Part shown: positions 26,774 through 35,547 of the stretch, one piece after another
Numbering within the stretch: position 1 is the stretch's first letter
How the letters are laid out: each line of letters starts with the position of its first letter
NCBI GenBank assembly: GCA_034420555.1
Contig: DAOULF010000259.1
Location: 13,444 to 77,443 of the forward strand
Reading direction: 5' to 3'
Origin: Dehalococcoidia bacterium
GTDB taxonomy: Bacteria > Chloroflexota > Dehalococcoidia > Lucifugimonadales > UBA1123
DNA length: 64,000 nt
Made by a program: the position numbers and the translations under genes
The notes under the pieces: model-generated
What the model was told of the DNA's origin: nothing
What the model saw: the letters and a program-made list of their open reading frames with translations, nothing else
Databases searched by the model: none

Positions 26774-27847
26774 TTAGTCCGCGGTCACTGGAACTCTTGA
26801 CTTAGCCTTGTCGCCGGCCCACCGCAGCAGGTCTGCGGTCTCGTCCCAGCCCAGGCAGGCGTCGGTAACGGATACGCCATATTCCAGCGTATCGAGAGGC
26901 CCGTCCAGCTTCTGGGAGCCGGGATTGATGTTGGATTCCAGCATACACCCGATGATGTGATCATTGCCCTCGGCGCGCTGGGCCACCACGTCCCTGAAGG
27001 CGACGGGCTGAAGTCGGTGGTCCTTGTTCGAATTGCCGTGCGAGCAATCAACAAGCAAGTCCGTCCTTACGCCGGCATCCCTCAGAAGACCCTGCGCCTC
27101 GGAGACGAATTTCTCCGCGTAGTTCGGTCCTGAACGACCGCCGCGCAGCACCATGTGTCCATGCTCATTGCCACCGGTGTGAATGACCGAGGTCTGGCCA
27201 TAGTGGTCTATGCCCAGAAATGCGTGGGGAGACTCGGCGGCTAACATGGCGTCAACAGCGGTCTGCGGGTTGCCGTCCGTCCCGTTCTTGAAGCCGACTG
27301 GCATCGAAAGGCCGCTCGCCATCTGGCGGTGCGTCTGACTCTCGGTCGTCCGCGCGCCTATCGTCGCCCAGCAAACGAGGTCCGCGAGGTACTGCGGCAC
27401 TATCGGGTCCAGGAATTCGGTGCCTGTGTAAACGCCCATCTCCGTGATGGAGTGCATAAGGTGGCGCGCCACGCGAAGACCCTCGTCAATATCGAACGTG
27501 TCGTCAAGATTCGGGTCGTAGATGAGGCCCTTCCAGCCCACGGTAGTTCTGGGCTTTTCGAAGTACACCCTCATAACGATGAGGAGCTTGTCTTCGAGCT
27601 CCTTGCGCAGCTCCAGGATCCGGCCGGCATAGTCAACCGCGGCCTTCTGGTCGTGAATCGAGCAGGGGCCGACGACCATCATCATGCGGTCGTCCTCGCC
27701 GCTCAGAATTCGTCGAATCTGCTCCCGGCCTTCCAGGACGGTCCTCTCGGCTGCCTGGCTGATCGGTATCTGTCTTACTAACTCCATTGGACTGATAAGC
27801 TGTTCCGTACTCACGACATTGACATCCCTTACTGGCGACTCTTGCAT
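26774..27847 (-). CDS. aroG: 3-deoxy-7-phosphoheptulonate (DAHP) synthase, class I (AroG/F/H type)
   Basis: It has VVGPCSIHD, RVYFEKPRTTVGWKGL and VDCSHGNS. The ATG at 27847 is preceded by GAGGAGAGAAGG. The isozyme (Phe/Tyr/Trp) is not assignable. Confidence 0.9.
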   Translation of the reverse strand: MQESPVRDVNVVSTEQLISPMELVRQIPISQAAERTVLEGREQIRRILSGEDDRMMMVVGPCSIHDQKAAVDYAGRILELRKELEDKLLIVMRVYFEKPRTTVGWKGLIYDPNLDDTFDIDEGLRVARHLMHSITEMGVYTGTEFLDPIVPQYLADLVCWATIGARTTESQTHRQMASGLSMPVGFKNGTDGNPQTAVDAMLAAESPHAFLGIDHYGQTSVIHTGGNEHGHMVLRGGRSGPNYAEKFVSEAQGLLRDAGVRTDLLVDCSHGNSNKDHRLQPVAFRDVVAQRAEGNDHIIGCMLESNINPGSQKLDGPLDTLEYGVSVTDACLGWDETADLLRWAGDKAKSRVPVTAD

Positions 27848-27894
27848 CTGACCTTCTCTCCTCTGGGATTCGTAAAATCCTCTCTCTGACAATC

Positions 27895-27919
27895 AAAAAC
27901 CCCAGTCTGCCGACTGGGG
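27895..27919 (-). terminator. intrinsic terminator in the aroG leader (attenuator)
   Basis: On the minus strand, CCCCAGUC-GGCA-GACUGGGG (an 8-bp GC-rich stem with a 4-nt loop) is followed by UUUUU. It lies 48 nt upstream of the aroG ATG. Confidence 0.6.
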
Positions 27920-27966
27920 TCTGGTTTTCAGCGTCTCGCCTTATTCAGGACTTCGGACAAAACCTC

Positions 27967-28038
27967 TCAGCCGACAGCTTCACAGCCGGTGCGGTAAAAG
28001 TAATATCCAAAATACGTGTTGGCGGTGACTTCAATCAT
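27967..28038 (-). CDS. candidate Tyr/Phe-rich leader peptide (23 aa) of the aroG attenuator
   Basis: My own translation gives MIEVTANTYFGYYFYRTGCEAVG*. Six of seven consecutive codons are Tyr or Phe. The last codons and the stop lie within the antiterminator arm. Confidence 0.55.
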   Translation of the reverse strand: MIEVTANTYFGYYFYRTGCEAVG

Positions 28039-28047
28039 CTTGCGCCC

Positions 28048-28077
28048 AAGATAGCAGTACCAGACAAGCAGTGTCAA
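28048..28077 (-). promoter_or_regulatory. candidate sigma-70 promoter of the aroG leader
   Basis: On the minus strand, TTGACA (28077-28072) is followed by an 18-nt spacer and TATCTT (28053-28048). This implies a very short or absent 5' UTR before the leader ATG at 28038. Confidence 0.3.
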
Positions 28078-28133
28078 ATGTCGGATTGGGAACCCAGGGT
28101 CGTTTTCGTTTTCAAGAAATAGGTCAGTCAATA

Positions 28134-28294
28134 GCCCCCTCTCCCTGAGGGCTCACAAGGGTAGGCAAATGAGCAAATCGACTATGGATGTCAGCGAAAA
28201 GTCCCCTCTCCCCCTGGGCTAACAAGGGTAGGCAAACTTGCAGCCAGCTATGAACACCAATCAACAAACCCCCTCTCCCTGAGGGTGAGGGTGA
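28134..28294 (+). repeat. tandem cluster of three family A-like units (period about 67 bp)
   Basis: Units start at about 28134, 28201 and 28269. The first two share CCCCTCTCCC..GGGCT.ACAAGGGTAGGCAAA. The third reverts to CCCTCTCCCTGAGGGTGAGGGTG. Confidence 0.7.
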
Positions 28295-28379
28295 TTACGC
28301 TGTCTTGAATATACGAACATTGGATAATGAAAAGACCCTGGCGCCGACTAACCCTTCATGTACAACCGCTCCCCTGTCA

Positions 28380-28388
28380 TGCTATAAT
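28380..28388 (+). promoter_or_regulatory. extended -10 promoter-like element TGCTATAAT
   Basis: TGnTATAAT is read directly from the sequence. A weak -35 (TGTACA) lies 18 nt upstream. Its target is unclear. Confidence 0.25.
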
Positions 28389-28709
28389 CCGAACATACAA
28401 ACTAATGGTGGAGCGCAGACCACGATGACTCTGAACCTCGATATACATAAATGTGCAGTTATGCAACCGGAATCTGGGGGAGTGCGAAAAAATTCTCCAA
28501 AGCTAATGCAGGTGATTAACAGGTGGATTTCTGGTGTTCTAATCACCAGTCGCCCTCCTGTTCCCCACCAGTTAAGCTACCTGTTGCCACCTGTCGCTTT
28601 ATAAAACCCGATATATGACCCGATGAATTCATCCACCACCCGCCCGCTGGAAGCATCAAATATCTGGTGCGCGGCTATAAAACGACCGTCGGAATCGGTA
28701 GCGCAACAG

Positions 28710-28735
28710 TCCCCTCTCCCTCTGGGCGAGGGTGG
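28710..28735 (+). repeat. family A hairpin repeat
   Basis: The sequence is TCCCCTCTCCCTCTGGGCGAGGGTGG. Confidence 0.65.
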
Positions 28736-28878
28736 CGAACCACTTTTGTGATGCTACCCCGCCCGCGCCCCATCTGGATAAATATCACCAAATCTGTTAT
28801 TAGTTTAGACAATCGGTTAGCTCCCTCTATTGGGAAGACTCTGAAGATTCACCACTCCGATACGCAGGGAGAACATCT

Positions 28879-29451
28879 ATGCCCATGAATAGGACAATTT
28901 CTCTCAGACAGGTAACGCGCGAGGACGTCTCTCGCATACGCCAATGGCTGGATGACGACGAAGTCGCCGATAGCTGGTTCGGCAGATACTCTTATGGCGA
29001 ACCGGCCCATCTGGGATACCGGCCTCAGGAAATGGAAGAGGCAAGCGACGAAGAGTTCGCGCGAATTCTGGAAGACCCCGATCACCTGACTCTTTCGATA
29101 TACACGGAAGACGGCGATCACATTGGCGAGCTCCACATCACCCTTGAGGAAGCCCTGGGCGACGGTCAGCTGTCAATTCTGATAGGCCGCAAAGATCTGT
29201 GGCACAGGGGCTACGGACGCGCCAGCGTCCATGCCGCCCTGGACACCGCTTTCAACGAGTACGGCCTCTACCGCGTTTGGGTGGACGTTCCTGAGTACAA
29301 TATGCCCGCTCGCGCCCTGTTCGAGGGCGTCGGATTCGTACACGAAGGCACCCTTCGGAAGAGCAGGCCCCACGAGGGCTCCAGGTTTGACTCCGCCGTC
29401 ATGGGAATCCTCGCCGCGGAGTACCAGCAGCAGACAGCCTCGGCTGAGTAG
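28879..29451 (+). CDS. GNAT family N-acetyltransferase
   Basis: It has the GNAT core (LSILIGRKDLWHRGYGRASVHAALDTAF, YRVWVDVPEYNMPARALFEGVGF). AGGGAG lies upstream of the ATG. Confidence 0.8.
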   Translation: MPMNRTISLRQVTREDVSRIRQWLDDDEVADSWFGRYSYGEPAHLGYRPQEMEEASDEEFARILEDPDHLTLSIYTEDGDHIGELHITLEEALGDGQLSILIGRKDLWHRGYGRASVHAALDTAFNEYGLYRVWVDVPEYNMPARALFEGVGFVHEGTLRKSRPHEGSRFDSAVMGILAAEYQQQTASAE

Positions 29452-29471
29452 GCGGGAGGTCTGCACAAGAA

Positions 29472-30797
29472 ATGCTGTATGAGTCGGAATCCGGCAACCT
29501 GACGCTTGTCGCGAGCGGAGACACGATGATAACCCGGCGGCTTTCGGTCTTCCGAGAGCCTCGCTTTCTCTCTTTGGTCGAAATCTTCAGGAACGCCGAT
29601 GTCGGTTACACGAACCTCGAGATGCTCATGCACGACTTCGAGCATTCGCCCGGACTGGCCGGGGGCACCTTCACCGCATCCGAGCCGGCCAATCTGAAGG
29701 AGTTGCAGTGGGCCGGCATCAACCTAGTTTCCACCGCGAACAACCACAACTACGACTACGGCGAGCAGGGCGTTCTCACTAACATCAAGCACATCAGGGA
29801 GGCCGAACTCTCATTCGCCGGAACGGGCAGAAACCTGAGCGAAGCGAGAGGCCCCGGCTACCTCGACACTCCGGCAGGCAGGGTCGCCTTGATTTCAGCA
29901 TCCTCCACGTTTCACGATGCGGGCCGCGCAATGGACCAGCGCCCGGACATAAGCGGAAGACCCGGCCTGAATGCCCTGCGACACACGACCGCACACACCG
30001 TTGACAAGCGCGCCTTCGACGCGATGCGAAGGGTCAGCCGCGAACTTGGATTCGAGGCGCGCAACGCCGCCCAGCGCCGGTTCAGGCCCAAGGGCGCCGT
30101 CATGGAGGACAATGACACTCAGATCAACTTCCTGGGGAGGAAGTTCCTGAGGGGAGAAGAATTCTCCACCTCGACGACCCCGAATCGGCGCGACATGGAA
30201 GAGAACCTGAAGTGGATCGAGGACGCCAGGCGGATGGCGGACTGGGTTTTCGTATCCTTCCACTGCCACGAGAACGGCCAAAGCATGGACGACCCCCCTG
30301 AGTTTCTTCAGACTTTCTCGCGCGCCTGTATAGATGCGGGCGCGGACGGCTTCCTGGGACACGGACCGCACGTCACAAGAGGGATTGAAATACACCGCGG
30401 ACGCCCTATCTTCTACAGCCTCGGCAACTTCATCTTCCAGAACGACACGGTGCGCTGGCAGCCCGCCCTGAACTACGAGAGCGTCGGCCTTGGACCGGAC
30501 GCGACCCCGGCGGACTTCTACGACAAGCGCAGCGAGAACGACACCAGGGGATTCGCGGGCGACTCCGTGTACTGGCAGAGCGTGGTCGCCGAATGCAGGT
30601 TCGAAGACCGCAAACTGGACCAGATCACCCTTCATCCCATAGACATGGGGCACGGCAAGCCACGCTCTCAGCGCGGTCGTCCGGTCATCGCCAAGGGTCC
30701 GGTGATGCGAGTCGCGCTCGACAGGACGAGACGTCTTTCCAAGCGCTTCGGCACCGAAGTAGAGATCAAGAACGGCGTAGGCGTAATCAGGGCGTAG
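29472..30797 (+). CDS. CapA family (PGA_cap metallophosphatase-like) protein
   Basis: SGDTMITRR, NLE, NLVSTANNHNYDYGEQG and HCHENG are typical of the CapA/PGA_cap family. Confidence 0.75.
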   Translation: MLYESESGNLTLVASGDTMITRRLSVFREPRFLSLVEIFRNADVGYTNLEMLMHDFEHSPGLAGGTFTASEPANLKELQWAGINLVSTANNHNYDYGEQGVLTNIKHIREAELSFAGTGRNLSEARGPGYLDTPAGRVALISASSTFHDAGRAMDQRPDISGRPGLNALRHTTAHTVDKRAFDAMRRVSRELGFEARNAAQRRFRPKGAVMEDNDTQINFLGRKFLRGEEFSTSTTPNRRDMEENLKWIEDARRMADWVFVSFHCHENGQSMDDPPEFLQTFSRACIDAGADGFLGHGPHVTRGIEIHRGRPIFYSLGNFIFQNDTVRWQPALNYESVGLGPDATPADFYDKRSENDTRGFAGDSVYWQSVVAECRFEDRKLDQITLHPIDMGHGKPRSQRGRPVIAKGPVMRVALDRTRRLSKRFGTEVEIKNGVGVIRA

Positions 30798-30798
30798 A

Positions 30799-32172
30799 AT
30801 GTCCACTGCCCCGCTATCGTCAAGTCCCGACACGATACGAGCCTGTATGCTCCTACTCGATCCGGATGGCCGGAGGATGCTTACCCGTGAGCCAGGCGGC
30901 TCGCTTCCGGCGTTCGATGTGCCTCCCGTCTTCTACCCGGAGGTGGAAGACTTCGTAAGAACCGTGCGAGAAGAGTGCGGGCTGGACATCGCAATCCTTC
31001 GCTGCCTGGAAGCCGGAGACGCCAACGAGGATCTGCCCCGGTTATACTCCGCCATCTGCACCTCTGAGGATGTCGAAACAAGCCCGGGTTTCAAGTGGGT
31101 CGCGTTAGACGAACCAAATTTTGACCGGAGCGACAAAGTCGCCCTGGGAAACATTACCCAACTGGAAGTCGAAAGACTCTCATCACCTGCCCTGGCGGAT
31201 TCTCCAGTACCCTGGGACTCACCCACAGGCTGGCATCGGGCCGCGCTGAACTGGCTCGAAGCGAATCTTCCGCCCAGTCACGACGGACAGCCCTGGCAGG
31301 CGTCTCAGATCAGGTCCTGGTCTATATCCTCCGTATGGCGCGTAACTTCTGCCGGAGCGCGCCTCTACTTCAAGGCGTCGCCTCGCTACTTCGCGTCTGA
31401 AGTCGCGGTTACGCTGGACGTAGCCGACAGGTTCCCCAGTATCAGCCCGTCAATCGTCGCTGCCCATCCCGAGAGTGGATGGATGCTCATGCACGACCTC
31501 GGCGACGTAACCCTGAGCGCGATTGACACTGCCAAAATGTGGCACGACACGATGAAGACGATTGCAACGGTGCAGCACGGCTATATGGGGAAGTTCCGCG
31601 AAATGGAGCGAATGGGCATCGAAAGAAGGACTACCGAAGCCATAGTAGAGACTTTGGTGAACTGGACAGACGACCCGGCAGGGGTCGAGATACGGATGTT
31701 TGGGGAAGAAAATGAAGCCGCGCTGAGACGACTGCTGCCAAGTGTCGCCAGGATCGAATCCATAGCGACCAAGCTGCGAGGGCTCGGAATACCGCCAACC
31801 CTCGAACACGGCGACCTGGACGCGACCAACATCTTCATCCGAAATGGATCTCCGGTTCTCATGGACTGGTCTGACGCCTGCGTCTCTCATCCATTCTTCA
31901 CTCCGCTCACTCCCGCTCAGGCGCGGCGGCATCCGGGATTTGTGGACACTTACTTGCGCGAGTGGACGAGCTACGCGCCCCTGGAGAGTCTCCGCAGGGG
32001 ATTCGGGTTCGCCAAGCCACTGGCCGCGCTCGAATCCGCGTTCCACTACCATCGAAACATGGTGCCCTACCTGCCCTACCCGTATCCTGACTTCAGGACC
32101 CTGGAGCGATATATCCCCGCGCTGCTGAATATGTCGGCGGACGCCCTTGAGTATCTCCCAGAGGACGAATGA
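30799..32172 (+). CDS. phosphotransferase (APH/choline-kinase-like) family protein with N-terminal extra domain
   Basis: It has LEHGDLDATNIFIRNGSPVLMDWSDACVSHPFF (the Brenner motif HxDxxxxN plus the D of DxSD). It starts 1 nt after the CapA stop. Confidence 0.7.
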   Translation: MSTAPLSSSPDTIRACMLLLDPDGRRMLTREPGGSLPAFDVPPVFYPEVEDFVRTVREECGLDIAILRCLEAGDANEDLPRLYSAICTSEDVETSPGFKWVALDEPNFDRSDKVALGNITQLEVERLSSPALADSPVPWDSPTGWHRAALNWLEANLPPSHDGQPWQASQIRSWSISSVWRVTSAGARLYFKASPRYFASEVAVTLDVADRFPSISPSIVAAHPESGWMLMHDLGDVTLSAIDTAKMWHDTMKTIATVQHGYMGKFREMERMGIERRTTEAIVETLVNWTDDPAGVEIRMFGEENEAALRRLLPSVARIESIATKLRGLGIPPTLEHGDLDATNIFIRNGSPVLMDWSDACVSHPFFTPLTPAQARRHPGFVDTYLREWTSYAPLESLRRGFGFAKPLAALESAFHYHRNMVPYLPYPYPDFRTLERYIPALLNMSADALEYLPEDE

Positions 32173-32331
32173 GTTCGGACAGGCGAACCGGCTCTGCTCT
32201 GTGGGAGAAGAGTAGCGTGCGGTATAATAGAAGAAGGATATTCTATGGAATCATCCGAGTCTAAGAGTCTATACTCACCGTTGAGCATTACTAGGGAACT
32301 ATGACCTTGGTGTCTATGGGCAATCTGTCTG

Positions 32332-32709
32332 TTGACGGTCACATGGACGGTGCTCATAACGTGGAGTGAAGTATCGAATCAGAATCACCCGGGTATCCTG
32401 GAAACTTCAATCGCTGTCGGGTCGAAAGCGTCGACTGGAGTGCCGATAATCGTAGTATATTCGATACTCGGCGTAATGATCGGGAACTTCATACTTGGAG
32501 GCGGAATAATGGTTATGGCGCGCGCTACGAAGGAATATCTATACGACAAGATAGAGCGCCAGCGTGAAAGACTAAGGCAAGAGGGACGCGAGCAAGGGAT
32601 AGAGCAGGGACGCGCAAGCCTGGCTGCTGAGGTGGCGAACTGGAATGCGCGGCGTCTGGAGGCCGAGAAGCGCGGAGAGTCGTTCAATGAGCCTCCCCCT
32701 GACGCTTGA
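32332..32709 (+). CDS. hypothetical small membrane-anchored coiled-coil protein (start uncertain)
   Basis: One hydrophobic segment (VPIIVVYSILGVMIGNFILGGGIMVM) is followed by a charged helical tail. No family is recognised. Confidence 0.35.
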   Translation: MTVTWTVLITWSEVSNQNHPGILETSIAVGSKASTGVPIIVVYSILGVMIGNFILGGGIMVMARATKEYLYDKIERQRERLRQEGREQGIEQGRASLAAEVANWNARRLEAEKRGESFNEPPPDA

Positions 32710-32778
32710 TCGCATCTTAGCGTTGAGTATCCAGAAAATAGACTATCCGAGTCCGCGACTCGAAAGAAATTGCGGGTT

Positions 32779-34173
32779 ATGACGAACGATAACTACTCAG
32801 ACTTGACATACGACCAGGCCGTGGATCTGGCGATGAGCCTGGCCGACTTCGAACGAGCGACGAATTGGCCGGGGCACTCCTTCTTCCACCTGGAGAGAGT
32901 ACAGATGCTCGCCGAACGTCTGGGCGACGTTGATAAGGCGGTGCCAGCCGTTCACGTCGCTGGGACCAAGGGCAAAGGCAGTACGTGCGCCCTGATAACC
33001 TCGATCCTGACGTGCGCCGGGTACAAAGTGGGCCTGTTTACCTCCCCTCATCTACACAGCGTGTGCGAGCGCATCCGCGTCGGGCTTGAACCGATTTCCA
33101 CGACCGACTACGCCGCGCTCATCGGACAGATTTGGCCCGCCGTCAAGTCTGTAGAGAGCGATGGAAAGTACGGTGGCGTTTCATTCTTCGAGATGCTGAC
33201 CGGGCTGGCGATGGCCCACTTCAGAAACATCGGCGCCGACTTCCAGGTTCTAGAAGTCGGAATGGGTGGTCGTCTGGACTCGACGAACATCGTGACCCCT
33301 GAAGTCTCGGTAATCACCTCGATCAGTCTCGATCACGTCAATGTCCTTGGCGACACCATTGAGAAGATAGCTTTGGCAAAGGCGGGCATCATAAAGGACG
33401 AAGTGCCTTGCGTGGTGGGACCGCAGGCCGAAAGCGATGCTATGCGGGTGTTCGAGAGAGTAACCGACGAACATAACGCCAGGCTGATCTCCGCGGCCGA
33501 CAGGTTCAAATGGGATGTGGGGCGCTCGGACATACACGGTCAGGAGATTACGCTGACCGGCAGCGATAAGATGTACAGCCTCTGGACGCCACTGCTCGGA
33601 GACTATCAGGCTGAAAACGTCGCTACCGCAGTCGCGACCGCCGAGGTCCTGATCGAAAAAGGGTATGACATTCCTGACGATGCGATCTCGGCCGGCGTGA
33701 GTGATGTTTCATGGCCTGGCCGGTTCGAGGTCTTCAATATTGATGGCAAGACAGTCGTCGCCGACGGCGCCCACAACCCATACTCAGTAGGTCGTCTTGT
33801 CGAGAATCTACAGGATTACGTGCAGTTCGATGGAGTAATTCTGGTGTACGGCGCGCTGGGCGGACACAGCGCCAGAGATATGCTCGCTGAACTTGCCGCG
33901 CTCGACCCCCGCATCGTAGCGGTCCATTCCAGGCATCCCAGGTCATCCCATTCCAAGGTAGTCGCCGAAACGGTATGCGACCTTGGGATGAATCTGGTTT
34001 CGCGGTTCGAGTCGGTGGCGGAAGGATTTCGGAAGGCCGTTGAAATCGCCGGACCGGGCGATCTCGTTCTCTGTACGGGTTCTCTCGCGGTTGTCGCGGA
34101 GGTTCTCGAGGAGATTCATGGCATCGAACCTGAGATATATGAGAATCTGAAAGGGCCGCGCCCCCGTAGCTAA
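32779..34173 (+). CDS. folC: bifunctional folylpolyglutamate synthase / dihydrofolate synthase
   Basis: It has the P-loop VHVAGTKGKGST and the Mur-ligase-like architecture, with SPHLHSVCERI and DGAHNP. Confidence 0.9.
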   Translation: MTNDNYSDLTYDQAVDLAMSLADFERATNWPGHSFFHLERVQMLAERLGDVDKAVPAVHVAGTKGKGSTCALITSILTCAGYKVGLFTSPHLHSVCERIRVGLEPISTTDYAALIGQIWPAVKSVESDGKYGGVSFFEMLTGLAMAHFRNIGADFQVLEVGMGGRLDSTNIVTPEVSVITSISLDHVNVLGDTIEKIALAKAGIIKDEVPCVVGPQAESDAMRVFERVTDEHNARLISAADRFKWDVGRSDIHGQEITLTGSDKMYSLWTPLLGDYQAENVATAVATAEVLIEKGYDIPDDAISAGVSDVSWPGRFEVFNIDGKTVVADGAHNPYSVGRLVENLQDYVQFDGVILVYGALGGHSARDMLAELAALDPRIVAVHSRHPRSSHSKVVAETVCDLGMNLVSRFESVAEGFRKAVEIAGPGDLVLCTGSLAVVAEVLEEIHGIEPEIYENLKGPRPRS

Positions 34174-34204
34174 CATGGCGCATGGTCACAACAGGAGCAA
34201 CGAT

Positions 34205-35455
34205 ATGAAAGGCAGTGACACGAGGGTAGTCATAACCGGAATGGGAGCGGTGACCCCGCTCGGCGAGACGGTAGAAGAATACTGGGACAACCTTGTGAAT
34301 GGCGTGTCCGGCATAGGGCCAATGACCTTGTGCGATCCCTCGCAGTATCCGTCCAGAATATCAGCCGAGGTTAGCGGCTTCGATCCGGACACGTACATAG
34401 ATCGCAGAGAGCATCGCCGGATGGCTAGATTCTCGCAGATGTCCGTGGCTGCCGCCGGACTGGCCATCGAGGACGCCGGACTCGACCTGTCTAAGGAAGA
34501 CTGCGACCGGATCGGAGTCGTCATGGGCAACGGAAACGGCGGTTTCCCGACAACCGAGGACAACGCGCGCATTCTGGTCAGGCGCGGCGGCATGAGGATG
34601 TCCCCTTTCTTCATTCCAATGATTCTTCCGAACATGGCGGCGGCCAACGTCAGCAGGATATACGGCCTCAAAGGTTATACCTCTACCGTGATCACCGCCT
34701 GCGCGGCGGGAACGCAGGGAATAGGCGAGGCGGCCGTAGCCATCAAGCGTGGCGTCTCGGACATCGTGCTGGGTGGTGGCTGTGAGGCTGGCATCAGCCA
34801 GTTGGGGCTCGGCGGCTTTAATGTCATCAAGGCCCTGAGCAGGCAGAACGAAGAGCCCGAAAAAGCCAGCAGGCCGTTCGACCTGAAGAGGGACGGCTTC
34901 GTGCCCGGCGAGGGCGCCGCGATTCTGATAATGGAGAGCCTCGAACACGCGATTGACAGGGGCGCCGACATACTGGCTGAAGTTATAGGGTATGGGGTAT
35001 CGTCCGATGCTTTCCATGCGGTTCAGCCTGACGAGGACGGTTCCGGTGCCGCTAGGGCGATTAGCTGGGCGCTCGAGGACGCGGACCTCAAACCCTCTGA
35101 GGTCAGCTATATCAACGCGCACGGCACGTCAACGCCCAAGAACGACCACGTCGAAACGCTCGCAATCAAGAAGGTCTTCGGCGACGCCGCCTATAAGACT
35201 CCCATAAGCTCTACGAAGTCCATGATAGGACACGTGCTGGGTGGGGCTGGCGCAATCGAGGCCGTAGCGTGTGTCAAGAGCATCGAGCAGGGTGTCATTC
35301 ACCCGACTGTCAACTACGAATACCCCGATCCCGAATGCGACCTCGACTATGTTCCAAACGAAGCGAGGCAGGCCGATGTCGCGACCGTCCTGTCCAACAG
35401 CTTTGGATTCGGCGGCCAGAATGCCTGCGTAGTTTTCGGCAGGTTCGATGACTGA
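34205..35455 (+). CDS. fabF: beta-ketoacyl-ACP synthase II
   Basis: It has VVITGMGAVTPLG, the active-site Cys in TVITACAAGT, and INAHGTSTP and GHVLGGAG (the Cys-His-His triad). AGGAG lies upstream of the ATG at 34205. Confidence 0.92.
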   Translation: MKGSDTRVVITGMGAVTPLGETVEEYWDNLVNGVSGIGPMTLCDPSQYPSRISAEVSGFDPDTYIDRREHRRMARFSQMSVAAAGLAIEDAGLDLSKEDCDRIGVVMGNGNGGFPTTEDNARILVRRGGMRMSPFFIPMILPNMAAANVSRIYGLKGYTSTVITACAAGTQGIGEAAVAIKRGVSDIVLGGGCEAGISQLGLGGFNVIKALSRQNEEPEKASRPFDLKRDGFVPGEGAAILIMESLEHAIDRGADILAEVIGYGVSSDAFHAVQPDEDGSGAARAISWALEDADLKPSEVSYINAHGTSTPKNDHVETLAIKKVFGDAAYKTPISSTKSMIGHVLGGAGAIEAVACVKSIEQGVIHPTVNYEYPDPECDLDYVPNEARQADVATVLSNSFGFGGQNACVVFGRFDD

Positions 35456-35496
35456 CACCTGTCGCGAGTGAATCGCGCGAAGGCCGGGAAAAGACA

Positions 35497-35524
35497 GAAG
35501 GCCATCCCTTTGGGGATGGCCTTC
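35497..35524. terminator. bidirectional stem-loop terminator between fabF and SWIM gene
   Basis: GAAGGCCATCCC-TTTG-GGGATGGCCTTC forms a perfect 12-bp stem. Confidence 0.6.
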
Positions 35525-35547
35525 CTCGATTGACGAAAAATGCAGGG

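Noticed and set aside
27848-27892. Longer TTG start (27892) for the DAHP synthase ORF
   Set aside because: That TTG lies 3 nt after the terminator U-tract and has no RBS. The ATG at 27847 has a strong GAGGAGAGAAGG upstream and gives a normal-length AroG-type protein.
28134-28294. CRISPR-like mini-array: ~36-nt repeats (CCCCTCTCCC..GGGCT.ACAAGGGTAGGCAAA) separated by ~32-nt unique spacers
   Set aside because: There are only two and a half units. The repeats differ from each other at several positions. The repeat core is the same hairpin (family A) that is dispersed singly all over the window. No cas genes are nearby. It is better explained as tandemly inserted REP-like elements.
28305-28604. 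99-aa TTG-initiated ORF as a real gene
   Set aside because: The region has an atypical AT-rich composition and no family resemblance. Only the distal 59 codons have a plausible promoter, RBS and ATG. I kept it as a low-confidence remark within a finding and not as a feature.
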